Shown here: one piece after another, positions 1 to 8,909 of the stretch
Position numbering within the stretch: the stretch's first letter is position 1
Layout of the letters: the number at the start of each line of letters is the position of its first letter
From: Microcystis aeruginosa NIES-2549
GTDB lineage: Bacteria > Cyanobacteriota > Cyanobacteriia > Cyanobacteriales > Microcystaceae
Assembly (NCBI RefSeq): GCF_000981785.2
Contig: NZ_CP011304.1
Span: 1,020,001-1,052,000 of the forward strand
Direction: 5' to 3'
DNA length: 32,000 bases
The notes under the pieces: model-generated
The model's input: only the letters and a program-made list of their open reading frames with translations
What the model was told of the DNA's origin: nothing
Databases searched by the model: none
Translations under genes and position numbers: made by a program

Positions 1-429
1 TAGCAAAAAGGAGCTAAAAAAGGAAGGGACAACATTAGAATTAGCCGTGGTTAACCTCAGTTCGGATTAAAACCAGACAGAGGATATATTGCCCTTCTGA
101 GTTTACCGTAAAAGCGAAAAATGCCGGAAAAGAACCCTATTTTTTTGCTTAAACGAGAGGGAGATTAGCTGGCACTCGCGGCGGCTGGATTTCCCGAAGC
201 TTATGGCAGACTTGTCACAGAAAGTCAAGAAGAGCCAAAATTTTCTCGTTGGTTCAATAAGAAAAAACACACCGCTAACACTTCGAGACGGGAAAAGTTC
301 CCCGAGAAAGACTTTTTCCTGATCGAAAAATTAGCGGTAATTTGTTTTTATTTACAGAAGTTAATCGTAGTTATTGATAAATCTCTATATCACGATAAGG
401 TCAAGAAGATTTATCAATTCAGCTAATTT

Positions 430-1143
430 CTAAGCACGAGTAGAGAGTTTTTTCATCCTAGAGGCTAACCCCAATCCGCCTAGTCCTAACAAGGCAACAG
501 CGGAACCCGGTTCAGGAATATTAGTAGGGGGAGTAGGAGGAGTGTTTACTGTCCCGTTAACACTGAATTGAAAAGCTTTAAATGCAGGATCAACGGACCA
601 AGTACCTCCTTGATTAATACTAAAAAGGGAACTATCACCAATCGACCAGCCAAGCTCTCCTCCTTGGTTAACAGAGTTAGTTCTAGCCCATCGATATTGC
701 CCCCCACTGACGTTTGATGAAATCCCAGCAACTAACCAGTAAGTAGTATCAGCGGCTAATGTTTGCGGAGTAGGAGCGCTAAAGTTGTTATTAGCGGCAG
801 TGCTAGTAATGGGACTAGGATTATTAAAAGTGGTTATCAGAGCACCGGTGTCTCCAGCGTCGTCTCGATGGAGGCGCACAAATAACGAGTTATTTGCAGT
901 CAGTTCTCGGAACAAAAGAGTGACCGAGTTAAGAGTATAACCATAACTAATACTGCCAGTTTTAAAACTTGAACGCACCCATTGATTAAATGTTATATCG
1001 CTTCCAGTAGTCGGATCTGAGGTTATTGGAGGTAGGTTGCTAACGAGGGTGGTGGCAGAAGCTTGTTGTCCTAAGCCCAAGGAAAGAAGGAGAGCAAGGC
1101 TACCCCCCCCCATTTTCGCCAAAATTTGCTGGTTTTTGGTCAT
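430..1143 (-). CDS. PEP-CTERM sorting-domain secreted protein
   Basis: 237-aa ORF. N-terminal signal-like hydrophobic segment (GGGSLALLLSLGLGQQASA). C-terminal PEP-CTERM tag: IPEPGS, hydrophobic stretch AVALLGLGGLGLA, then basic tail SRMKK. Confidence 0.8.
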   Translation of the reverse strand: MTKNQQILAKMGGGSLALLLSLGLGQQASATTLVSNLPPITSDPTTGSDITFNQWVRSSFKTGSISYGYTLNSVTLLFRELTANNSLFVRLHRDDAGDTGALITTFNNPSPITSTAANNNFSAPTPQTLAADTTYWLVAGISSNVSGGQYRWARTNSVNQGGELGWSIGDSSLFSINQGGTWSVDPAFKAFQFSVNGTVNTPPTPPTNIPEPGSAVALLGLGGLGLASRMKKLSTRA

Positions 1144-1440
1144 TTTTCAAACTCTAAGGTTAAAAAGGATAAAGTTGATCTCGATTGATGGTCTATCTTC
1201 TGAGGGCTGCCTCAGAAAATAATCCTCGCAATAACTTAGCACAGATTTCTAGCTTCCGGGAAGGTAAATCGGCAACATTTATACGCACTGATACAAGATT
1301 AATCACATATCTTGTCGCGCAGAGTATTGTGTCCATTCAACTAATTTCGGCTCTTCTAGAGCCATAATATATCATAACTACTCTAGAAGAACCCGCAATA
1401 TCAACTGATTTTGGTATATAATTGAGATTGTATTTAATCA

Positions 1441-2028
1441 TTATTCTTCACTTAAGTTAAAATCAATTCGTTGATAAATATCCAGCAATGAGATTTGAAA
1501 ATCCACAGAGTGAAACCTTAAAACATCATTCTCTGATTCAGATGCTTTAAACAACCATTCTCCATTATTTTGTTGATAAAATTGTTCCACATAATAACGG
1601 TATTGATCAATCAAAATATATTCCTTAAAGTCAGGAATTGAACGATAAAACTTAAACTTATCAGTGCGATCATAATCTCGAGTTGATTTCGATAAAACCT
1701 CGACAATGATTAACGCATTAGTTACAGTATTTGTGCCTTTTCCTTCATATAATGGTTTGCCTTTAATTACCATGACATCAGGATAAGTATAAAAGCGGTA
1801 TATTGGCATCCATAACCGTACATCACTCATGAAAGTCCAATAATCTTCATTATTAATCTTAGCTGGAAAATTTTTATAAAAATTACCAGCAATCAGATTA
1901 TGATTAGTAGTTGCTCCCGTCATAGGAATAATTTCTCCATCTAAATATTCATTTTTGTATTCTGCTGTTTCTTCTAGCTGACAATATTCTTCGGGTGTAT
2001 AATACCGTTTTTCGATTTGAACTTGCAT
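1441..2028 (-). CDS. Uma2 (DUF820) family putative endonuclease
   Basis: Translation has the Uma2-like layout: YTPEEY...EYLDGEIIPM...NHN...PDVMVI...IVEVLSKSTRDYDRTDKFKFY...EYILIDQ. Start moved to the internal ATG at 2028-2026, which follows an AGGGAGG Shine-Dalgarno (plus-strand taacctccct at 2031-2040). Confidence 0.8.
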   Translation of the reverse strand: MQVQIEKRYYTPEEYCQLEETAEYKNEYLDGEIIPMTGATTNHNLIAGNFYKNFPAKINNEDYWTFMSDVRLWMPIYRFYTYPDVMVIKGKPLYEGKGTNTVTNALIIVEVLSKSTRDYDRTDKFKFYRSIPDFKEYILIDQYRYYVEQFYQQNNGEWLFKASESENDVLRFHSVDFQISLLDIYQRIDFNLSEE

Positions 2029-2236
2029 ACTAACCTCCCTTATCTTGGTTAAATTTCCATTCAATAGCAGCCTTAATATTGGCTTGTGCTGAACCTTTGG
2101 TCACTAAAGAGATACCAGTTTTACCCCAAACTTGTAACCCAAATTCTCAAGTAACCTGACTGGGTGGATTGGCTTGGGAAACTCCCTGTTTGATCGAATT
2201 TAATAATAATTATACATAGTCATTGACAATATTAGT

Positions 2237-2357
2237 AAGTAGGTAGGTATTGAAAACTTTCAGATTCCCCCGCCTATCGGCACTCCCCTGATCAAGGGGG
2301 GATCAAGGGGGGATTAAAGGCAAAATCCATTTTTAATTTAATTATAACCAGCTACTT
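2237..2357 (-). repeat. MITE-like element, copy 1 (inverted relative to 6528-6667)
   Basis: The reverse complement begins aagtagctGgttataattaaattaaaaatggatttt, 35/36 identical to 6528-6563. It ends cctacctactt, identical to 6657-6667. The middle is C-rich (ccccttgat repeats). The termini form a short imperfect TIR (AAGTAGCT / AAGTAGGT). Confidence 0.6.
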
Positions 2358-3111
2358 AACTCCTGTTTAAAAAAATTTTGTTTTTTCTTCTATATTCTCG
2401 AACTGTATATAAATTTTTACACGATCGGAGGCTTGTATTTCTGTAATTTTTATCTCCTCAATCCTGCCCCCAGTCTCAGACAATATTGAGATGACCAGTC
2501 TATACAATTATCCCCTAGGGAAAATCAAGCCTTTTGGCGAATTGATTAAAAAGCCATTAAGCGCTCTTGCCAAAACAGGCCACAACCTGATAGACTCATT
2601 AAACCAAGGCTTCAGGGAATAGAATGGAGCAGTTCATCCCTAAGAGGGATTGACTTTTACAAGGTTTTATGCCCGCTCAACTGGAGAGTCCCCGAAATCT
2701 GGTGATTAAGAGTTTTAGCCTTTTGGCTACTGGACTGACTAAGCAGACCTAACCAATTCAACTGTATGATACCGAGTCAAGACATCGGCGAGGCAGTAGA
2801 TTCAGTCAGAAAAACTGACGCACAAGACTTCTCTAATTTAATGCCTAGACCTGGCTGGCAACAAGTGGCGGGTTTAGGTAGAGGTTGTTTTTGGTATTGA
2901 ACCCCGATTCTGTTCGTTCTTTACCGGTTTTAGTGATTGCCAATAGGGATTAAGCCTGTAATTGGTTGAAAATTTCTATTTATTCGCAAAAATCCCTAGT
3001 TGCTCCCTGTTCAGTAATTTTCCCCAACCCATTCTCTGGAAATCACCTTCCAGAACAATTTAGTTATTTTAGTTACCTAAACTAACCAATTACTTGATTA
3101 GCTCGGCTGCA

Positions 3112-3145
3112 AAACCGTGCGTGCGACTTTCACCGCACACGGCTT
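3112..3145 (-). ncRNA. Group II intron domain V
   Basis: 34 nt: AAGCCGUGU-GCGGU-GAAA-GUCGC-AC-GCACGGUUU. This gives a 9-bp lower stem containing the AGC triad, a 2-nt bulge, a 5-bp upper stem and a GAAA loop. It lies immediately after the RT stop codon. Confidence 0.8.
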
Positions 3146-4875
3146 CAAGCTACATCCAATATCTCTTGGAGAGATACCGCCATTCTATGGTGTGACTTGT
3201 GACAGTAGTTATGCACTATTGCCTTGTTCGTTTTTTTGTTGTTTTCCCTGTTTCCGTCTATATGATGTATCTCTAGGGAATCTTCTACAGTTAGGTTTTG
3301 TCCACAGATGTAGCATTTACCTTGCTGCTGTTTTATCCCGTAAGTTATATCTTTTGGGGCTTGCGGATGGTCTGCCATTCTTTTTGTCCAATATACCCAA
3401 TCTCCGTCGTAAGGGCTTTTATTTCCTTTTACCTTGATATGTTGGGTGTATGGGAAATCGTATAGGGTAGGTACTGTATATTTTTTGTCTCCAATCTTCC
3501 ATCCGAAAGTGTATTTGGATTTGGATGTTTGGTGGAATATTTTTTTACTAATGTACCCTATTCCTTCTTTGGCGAATCTTTTCCTTCCCCAGTTTAGGTA
3601 TAGCTTGTTTAGCCTGTGAAATTCTAGTCGCCCAAAGGTTTCCCATGAATGGCTTCCTATTTTGAAGTAGTTTGCCCATCCTCTGATTAACCAGCTTAAT
3701 TGGTTAATCATTATTATCGGGGCTTTATCGTGTCCACTATTGAGGATTTCTTTGATGTTGTTGATAAATTGTTCCACCGATTTCTCCGATGGTTTAACTT
3801 TAGTTAACATCATTAGTGGTTCCCCATTTCCTTTCTTATTGGATTTATATTTCCCTATATCATGGGTTCTGATATTAAATCCCAAAAAGTCAAGTCCAGG
3901 TTTTTCACCGTTGTATTCCTCTTTAGTATGACCTATTCTGGTTTTTTCAGGATTTAGGCTTAATCCCAAATCCTTTAGCCAGTTCTCTACCTCAATCTTG
4001 ACTGCTTTGATTGTTTCTTCTCTGGCATGAAGTACAACAAAGTCATCAGCGTATCTGATTAATCTAGCTTCCCCTATTTCCTCCATTTTTCCGTTAGTCT
4101 GACCTATTCTGGTCTTTCTACAAGGGAATTTGGTTGAAATGTGAGTTTCTAAACCGTGTAAAGCTATGTTTGCCAGTAACGGAGATATTACTCCCCCCTG
4201 TGGTGTGCCTTTTTCGGTTTGATGAAATACATCCCCCACCATTACTCCGCTTTTTAGCCAAGCTCTGATTTGGGTTTCCATGACTGGAAAAGTATTGCAT
4301 TTCTCGATTATCGCTGAGTGTTTGATGTTATCAAAACAGCCACTGATATCCGCATCCAAGACGTACTTGGTTTTTCGACGGACTTGGAGTTCGATGGCAT
4401 CTATAGCATCATGACAGCCTCTACCTGGTCTGAATCCGTAGCTGTTAGGCTCGAATTTAGCTTCCCATTCGGGTTCTAGTGCCATTTTCGCTAATGCTTG
4501 CTTGGCTCTATCCTCTATGGTGGGGATTCCTAGATTTCTGGTTTTTCCGTTTGATTTGGGTATTTCTACTCTCCTCAGTGGCGTTGCCTTACCATCTAGT
4601 TTCAGGTTTTCAGCTAGTTTGATTCTTTCCTCGTAATTGAGGATTTTCTTGCCGTCTATTCCTGCCGTTCTCTTACCTTTGTTATCCTGTGTCACTCTTC
4701 TTACGGCTAGTAATTTAGCTTTGAAAGAGTTAATTAGGATTTTCTGGTATTTAACAACCGAACTTTTGTCACCCTTTAGGGATGCTTCGTAAATTTTGGA
4801 TTGTAACTTTGATACGGTGTATTGGATGTTTGTCCAATCCACTTGTATCCATTCTGCTTCTTGAGCCTTAGACAT
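3145..4875 (-). CDS. Group II intron reverse transcriptase/maturase with C-terminal HNH endonuclease domain
   Basis: 576 aa. RT motifs: RRVEIPKSNGKTRNLGIPTIEDR, GFRPGRGCHDAI, DISGCFDNIKH, GTPQGGVISPLLANIAL, RYADDFVVL. Maturase X-like: LIRGWANYF. En domain: CYICG...HHIDGNRENN...NYCH. Confidence 0.93.
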   Translation of the reverse strand: MSKAQEAEWIQVDWTNIQYTVSKLQSKIYEASLKGDKSSVVKYQKILINSFKAKLLAVRRVTQDNKGKRTAGIDGKKILNYEERIKLAENLKLDGKATPLRRVEIPKSNGKTRNLGIPTIEDRAKQALAKMALEPEWEAKFEPNSYGFRPGRGCHDAIDAIELQVRRKTKYVLDADISGCFDNIKHSAIIEKCNTFPVMETQIRAWLKSGVMVGDVFHQTEKGTPQGGVISPLLANIALHGLETHISTKFPCRKTRIGQTNGKMEEIGEARLIRYADDFVVLHAREETIKAVKIEVENWLKDLGLSLNPEKTRIGHTKEEYNGEKPGLDFLGFNIRTHDIGKYKSNKKGNGEPLMMLTKVKPSEKSVEQFINNIKEILNSGHDKAPIIMINQLSWLIRGWANYFKIGSHSWETFGRLEFHRLNKLYLNWGRKRFAKEGIGYISKKIFHQTSKSKYTFGWKIGDKKYTVPTLYDFPYTQHIKVKGNKSPYDGDWVYWTKRMADHPQAPKDITYGIKQQQGKCYICGQNLTVEDSLEIHHIDGNRENNKKTNKAIVHNYCHKSHHRMAVSLQEILDVA

Positions 4876-5361
4876 AAGTTCAACCTGTTGATTTACTCTG
4901 ATGTAGCCACTTATCTTTCGGCATATCTCTACTATTACGGTAGAGCTTTGGCTTGAGATAAGTTCCTTCCCCCCATTCTCAGATTTTGACTTAATCTCCT
5001 ACGGTAGTAGGTTGAGAGTCTGGAGGTTCCCGTACCTTATTCCCCTGTCATTGTTTGTCCACTTAGGTTCTCACTTTCTACGGTACGGTCTGGGTAATCG
5101 GATTCCTATTACTCAACATAGGTTATACCACTGGCCGTATTGACCTTTTGGTCGCAGTGTATCAGTCCTTTTCACTGCTGCACTTTTCCGTAGTTCGGGC
5201 GTGAGTTCGCTTTCGCTAACCATATAGACTCCCACTTTCTAGTTCCGACTGGACTTGTCTTTCCTAGCTTTTTTTGCCCTTGCTTCCCCCCCTATCTTTG
5301 TCAGAGATAGGAAGTGGGCTGTGGAGTCACCTTCCGATAAGGTGGGGGGATTTACACCCTC

Positions 5362-6387
5362 ATGACTGGGGTTGTGTACGTCGCACTGAGTAGTAATGCC
5401 TTAACCGATCGTGAACATCTAATCGAACTGTATAATCGAGGTGAACGCAACTTTGCCGAAGTCAGACTTAGCGGAGTCAATTTAAAGAGACAGTGTTTAA
5501 ACCAGATTAACCTAAGTCATAGTTACTTAAAACGAGCCAATTTAACCGAAGCTTGTTTAATTAACGCTAATTTCAAGGACGCTTCCCTGGAAGAAGTTAA
5601 TTTAAGCAAAGCTTGTCTTATCGATGCTAACCTAACTAAAGCCGATCTTTCTGGGGCAAATTTGCGCCAAACTAACCTAAGCGGCGCAATTTTGAGTAAT
5701 ACCATTCTCAAAAAGGCTGATTTAAGTTCTGCCTGTTTAATTCACAGTAGCTTACTTTTTGCCCAACTGTTCAAAGCAAATCTGGAAGCCGCTAATCTCA
5801 CCTCAGCCACTTTAACCCATGCCATGGCGGGGAAAGCTAACCTAAAACGGGCTATTCTCACTCGTGCTATTCTTAGCTCTGCTAATCTTAGCCATGCTAA
5901 CTTAAAAGAGGCTAACCTAATTCGAGCCTATCTCTATCAAGCTAATCTGGAAAACTGCCAGCTTCAATACGCCGACCTCAGCTATGCCGATTTACGCGGG
6001 GCGGATTTACGCGGGGCGGATTTACGTTGTGCTAACCTCGAAGGTGCTAATCTGACGGGAGCTAACCTCAATTGTAGTGATTTTGAGGGAGCTAACTTAA
6101 CCGGAGCCGATTTAAGCAAAACTGACGCTAATAAAGCCAATTTTCGCCAGGCTAACTTAACCGGTTGTAATCTGCTCGGTGCTAATTTAGCCTCCGCTAA
6201 CCTTTCCGGTGCTAATCTACACCAAGCGGGATTACTCTTGAGTTATTTAGTGGGAAGCAATCTTAAACGAGCTAATCTCAAACAAGCTAACTTAATTGGG
6301 GCGATTTTAACCGAAAATAATCTCCTTTCTGCTTCCCTCGAAGAGACTATTCTTCCTAACGGTAGTCGCGGCAATCTCCTTTCCTAA
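5362..6387 (+). CDS. Pentapeptide-repeat protein
   Basis: 341 aa, almost entirely A(D/N)Lxx pentapeptide repeats (ANLTEACLINANFKDASLEEVNLSKACL...ADLRGADLRGADLRCANLEGANLTGANL). The only canonical start codon lies inside the inferred 5' end of the antisense group II intron (see findings). Confidence 0.8.
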   Translation: MTGVVYVALSSNALTDREHLIELYNRGERNFAEVRLSGVNLKRQCLNQINLSHSYLKRANLTEACLINANFKDASLEEVNLSKACLIDANLTKADLSGANLRQTNLSGAILSNTILKKADLSSACLIHSSLLFAQLFKANLEAANLTSATLTHAMAGKANLKRAILTRAILSSANLSHANLKEANLIRAYLYQANLENCQLQYADLSYADLRGADLRGADLRCANLEGANLTGANLNCSDFEGANLTGADLSKTDANKANFRQANLTGCNLLGANLASANLSGANLHQAGLLLSYLVGSNLKRANLKQANLIGAILTENNLLSASLEETILPNGSRGNLLS

Positions 6388-6396
6388 TATTCCTAG

Positions 6397-6455
6397 AAAA
6401 ACCCAGTTATAGAGACTTTTCCGCCGAGGTTTCTATAACCGTGGGGTTTTTCTTG
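6397..6455 (+). terminator. Intrinsic terminator after the pentapeptide-repeat gene
   Basis: aaaaacccagttatagagac (6397-6416) pairs with gtttctataaccgtggggttttt (6429-6451), with small bulges. The stem is followed by a T-rich tail. Confidence 0.6.
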
Positions 6456-6527
6456 GGGAATGATGAATTATAAATTATAAATTATGAATTGGGAGTGGGG
6501 AGTGCCAGAGTTGGGAGTGGGGAGAAT

Positions 6528-6667
6528 AAGTAGCTCGTTATAATTAAATTAAAAATGGATTTTAGGTTCGATCCCCCCTGCTCCCCTTGATAAGGTAGGG
6601 TTGATTCATGAATCAACCCTACCCTTGATAAGGGTGGTGTCTGATAATTTTTAACGCCTACCTACTT
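6528..6667 (+). repeat. MITE-like element, copy 2, carrying a nested palindromic insertion
   Basis: Same termini as 2237-2357 in the opposite orientation. Contains the 28-bp palindrome at 6595-6622. Confidence 0.6.
6595..6622. repeat. Perfect 28-bp palindrome flanked by a 10-11 bp direct duplication
   Basis: gtagggttgattca|tgaatcaaccctac is a zero-loop perfect inverted repeat. It is flanked by ccttgataag(g) on both sides (6585-6594 and 6623-6633). The palindrome is absent from the paralogous copy at 2237-2357. Confidence 0.7.
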
Positions 6668-6690
6668 AAATAAAAATAATCTCCTGAATA

Positions 6691-6745
6691 CTGTCTCCCG
6701 TCTCCTGTCTCCTGTCTCCACTAGGAAATTAATTTTGCACGACTA
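6691..6745 (+). repeat. Four STRR heptamers (CTGTCTC) followed by a conserved 27-mer
   Basis: Heptamers at 6691-6718. The 27-mer cactaggaaattaattttgcacgacta at 6719-6745 is identical to 23175-23201, which is also preceded by heptamers. Confidence 0.75.
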
Positions 6746-6777
6746 TTCAGCCCCCTCAAGGCCATGAACCGAAGATA

Positions 6778-7437
6778 ATGGCAGACAATTACTTAATTTT
6801 ACTGATAACAGGCGTTTTTTCGGGCTTATTAGCGGGTTTATTCGGTATTGGGGGTGGCACTATCTCCGTGGCGATCCTGTTAAATTTGGGCTACAGTTAC
6901 GGAGAATCGGTGGCTACCAGCAGTTTAGCGATCGTTTTCACTTCCCTAGGGGGTACGATCCAAAATTGGCGATTAGGTTCCCTCAAATGGCAGCGAGTTC
7001 TCCTCTTAGGTTTACCCGGGATTTTTACGGCATTTATCGGGGTCTATCTGGTCAAATCTAGCCCCAAACACCTCCTAGAAGCGGCTTTTGGTTGTTTTTT
7101 ACTGCTCAATATCTATTTAACCAATCTCAAGCAAAATTTAAGCCAAAAAGAGCCAGTTTCTGCCCTTAGATTGCATCCTAATCTAGCCTGTCTGCTAACC
7201 GGAGGAATCGCTGGATTTTTAGCCGGTATTTTCGGAATTGGCGGTGGGGCGATCATGGTGCCACTACAAATGATTTTTTTGGCAGAAAAGATCAAAATCG
7301 CCATTGTCACCAGTTTAGGTGTGGTTTTACTCAATTCGATCGCCGCCTGTTTCGCTCATGCCCAAGCCGGTCATATTCTTTATCAAAAATTTGGGTTAAA
7401 ACCCCGTCGTTTTATGACGGCTTTTCCTGATCTTTGA
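6778..7437 (+). CDS. TauE/SafE (TSUP) family anion-exporter membrane protein, probably 3'-truncated
   Basis: Two internal half-repeats each start with the GIGGG motif (LFGIGGGTISV and IFGIGGGAIMV). The first half continues with two more TM segments after NWRLG. The second half stops after HAQAGHILYQ and ends in a non-hydrophobic tail (KFGLKPRRFMTAFPDL). Confidence 0.7.
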   Translation: MADNYLILLITGVFSGLLAGLFGIGGGTISVAILLNLGYSYGESVATSSLAIVFTSLGGTIQNWRLGSLKWQRVLLLGLPGIFTAFIGVYLVKSSPKHLLEAAFGCFLLLNIYLTNLKQNLSQKEPVSALRLHPNLACLLTGGIAGFLAGIFGIGGGAIMVPLQMIFLAEKIKIAIVTSLGVVLLNSIAACFAHAQAGHILYQKFGLKPRRFMTAFPDL

Positions 7438-7471
7438 TGTAGCACTTAAGAACTTCCAGTGGCGCACCTCT

Positions 7472-7524
7472 CAGTTATCAGTTATCAGTTATCAGTTATC
7501 AGTGGGTAAGTTATCAGTTATCAG
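7472..7524 (+). repeat. STRR heptamer array (CAGTTAT)n
   Basis: Four perfect CAGTTAT units plus degenerate units. This is the reverse complement of the unit family at 26217-26247. A related (CTGATTA/CTGATCA) run lies at 7576-7604. Confidence 0.85.
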
Positions 7525-7664
7525 ATGTGAGTTTTTAAGTGTGCAGTATTAAATAGAAGTTTCCTACTGTCTTTTTACTGATTACTGATCACTGATTACT
7601 AACCGACTTGGCATTATTGACAGACCTAGTTAAAATATAGTACAAACACACACATCTTAACTCA

Positions 7665-8909
7665 ATGAAAGCAAGGTATCAATACCGCATTTACCCAACA
7701 GACCAACAAAAGAGGTTTTTGTCTCAATTGTTCGGGTGTGTGCGCGTTGTCTGGAACGATACCTTATCTTATTGCCAAGAACTCTATCGACAAGGAGAGA
7801 AAAAACCTAAATACACTGAGTTATCTAAAAGACTAACTCAAGTCAAAAAAACAGAAGAAAAACAGTGGTTAACCGAGGTTTCTTCTATTCCTTTGCAGCA
7901 GTCCTTGAGAGACTTAGAGACAGCCTATTCTAACTTTTTTGCATCTTGTAAGGGAGAAAGGAAGGGAAAGAAAGTCAAACCTCCCAAGTTTAAAAAACGC
8001 AAATCTAAGCAATCAGCGAGATTTACCGATAACGGCTTTACCGTTAACCAACACCACGTTACTTTAGCAAAAATCGGTGATTTAAGAATAGTTTGGAGTC
8101 GTCCATTACCCTCTAAACCTTCTAGCGTCACCGTGATTAAAGACGCATCAGATCGCTATTTTCTTAGTTTTGTCGTCGAGATTCAGCCCGAAATACTTCC
8201 TAATAATGGGGAGTCAGTGGGGATTGATCTAGGGATTGCTACTTTTGCTACCCTCTCAACGGGGGAAAAGATAGACGCACCGAAACCGCTAAAGAAACGA
8301 TTAAAACGACTAAGAAAAGCACAGAAAAACCTTTCTAGAAAACAGAAAGGAAGTAACCGACGGGAAAAAGCTAGGAAACGAGTAGCTAAAATCCATGCAA
8401 AGATTAAGGACACTCGCACTGATTTCTTGCATAAACTATCCACTAGAGTTGTTCGTGAAAATCAAACGATAATTTTAGAGGATTTAAACACATCGGGAAT
8501 GGTTAAAAATCGTAAGTTATCCCGTGCCATATCAGACTTAGGATGGCGTTCTTTCCGAGATATGCTATCAGCAAAATCTGATAAATATGGGCGTGATTTT
8601 CGGATAATTTCCCGATGGGAGCCAACGTCTCAGCGATGTTCCTGTTGTGGGAATATCGGCGGGAAAAAAGCGTTAAATATCCGTGAGTGGGAATGTCTTT
8701 TTTGTGGAACTTTCCATGATAGGGACATCAACGCAGCAATTAATATCAAGGTCGCCGGTGGGCAATCGGAGACCTCAAAAAACGGACGTGGAGGAAAGTG
8801 TAAGACTTCTGTTAAAGAAGCAGCATCCCGTGAAGCGTCAACCCATCCGAAGATCGTTCAATTAAGTTTGTTCGATCTGCCGGTCATCACCGTCCGGCCC
8901 CGGCGGTGA
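7665..8909 (+). CDS. tnpB: TnpB RNA-guided endonuclease (IS200/IS605 OrfB)
   Basis: 414 aa. N-terminus MKARYQYRIYPTDQQKRFL is typical of OrfB. RuvC-I: VGIDLGI. RuvC-II: IILEDLN. Zn ribbon: CSCCG...CLFCG. RuvC-III: HDRDINAAINI. Confidence 0.92.
   Translation: MKARYQYRIYPTDQQKRFLSQLFGCVRVVWNDTLSYCQELYRQGEKKPKYTELSKRLTQVKKTEEKQWLTEVSSIPLQQSLRDLETAYSNFFASCKGERKGKKVKPPKFKKRKSKQSARFTDNGFTVNQHHVTLAKIGDLRIVWSRPLPSKPSSVTVIKDASDRYFLSFVVEIQPEILPNNGESVGIDLGIATFATLSTGEKIDAPKPLKKRLKRLRKAQKNLSRKQKGSNRREKARKRVAKIHAKIKDTRTDFLHKLSTRVVRENQTIILEDLNTSGMVKNRKLSRAISDLGWRSFRDMLSAKSDKYGRDFRIISRWEPTSQRCSCCGNIGGKKALNIREWECLFCGTFHDRDINAAINIKVAGGQSETSKNGRGGKCKTSVKEAASREASTHPKIVQLSLFDLPVITVRPRR

Larger units (their letters stand above)
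3070..5386 (-). mobile_element. Group II intron, full length with intron-encoded protein. 5' end at GTGCG; 3' end is approximate.
   Basis: Minus strand reads GTGCGACG starting at 5386. About 510 nt of structured-looking RNA rich in GAAA/GCGAAAGC tetraloop hairpins precede the ORF. The RT ORF sits in the domain IV position. A canonical domain V follows at 3145-3112. A GTAA-tetraloop hairpin at 3101-3082 (CTAATCAA GTAA TTGGTTAG) is a plausible domain VI. The exact 3' splice site is not determinable by eye. Confidence 0.8.

Noticed and set aside
1-429. A possible partial gene at the left edge. For example, frame 2 reads SKKELKKEGTTLELAVVNLSSD-stop, ending near position 68.
   Set aside because: Only about 22 codons are visible and none is recognisable. 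The remaining 360 bp has stops in all frames. There is too little sequence to support a call.
2400-2823. A possible second, truncated group II intron 5' end. The minus strand reads GTGCGTCAG starting at 2823.
   Set aside because: Only the pentamer matches. The downstream sequence shows no resemblance to the 5' region of the bona fide intron at 5386. There is no domain V-like motif and no ORF. A chance GTGCG is likely.
3117-3931. Plus-strand ORFs antisense to the intron RT gene (3117-3437, 3434-3619, 3740-3931), and the minus-strand 4118-4300 off-frame ORF.
   Set aside because: They are embedded in the 576-aa RT/maturase ORF, and their translations are hydrophobic or low-complexity off-frame products.
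7472-7604. Regularly spaced short repeats that might be taken for a CRISPR array. Similar runs occur at 26217-26247, 6691-6718 and 23140-23174.
   Set aside because: The period is 7 nt with no spacers. These are STRR-type heptamer tandem repeats. No cas genes are present and no 25-40 nt repeat/spacer periodicity occurs anywhere in the window.
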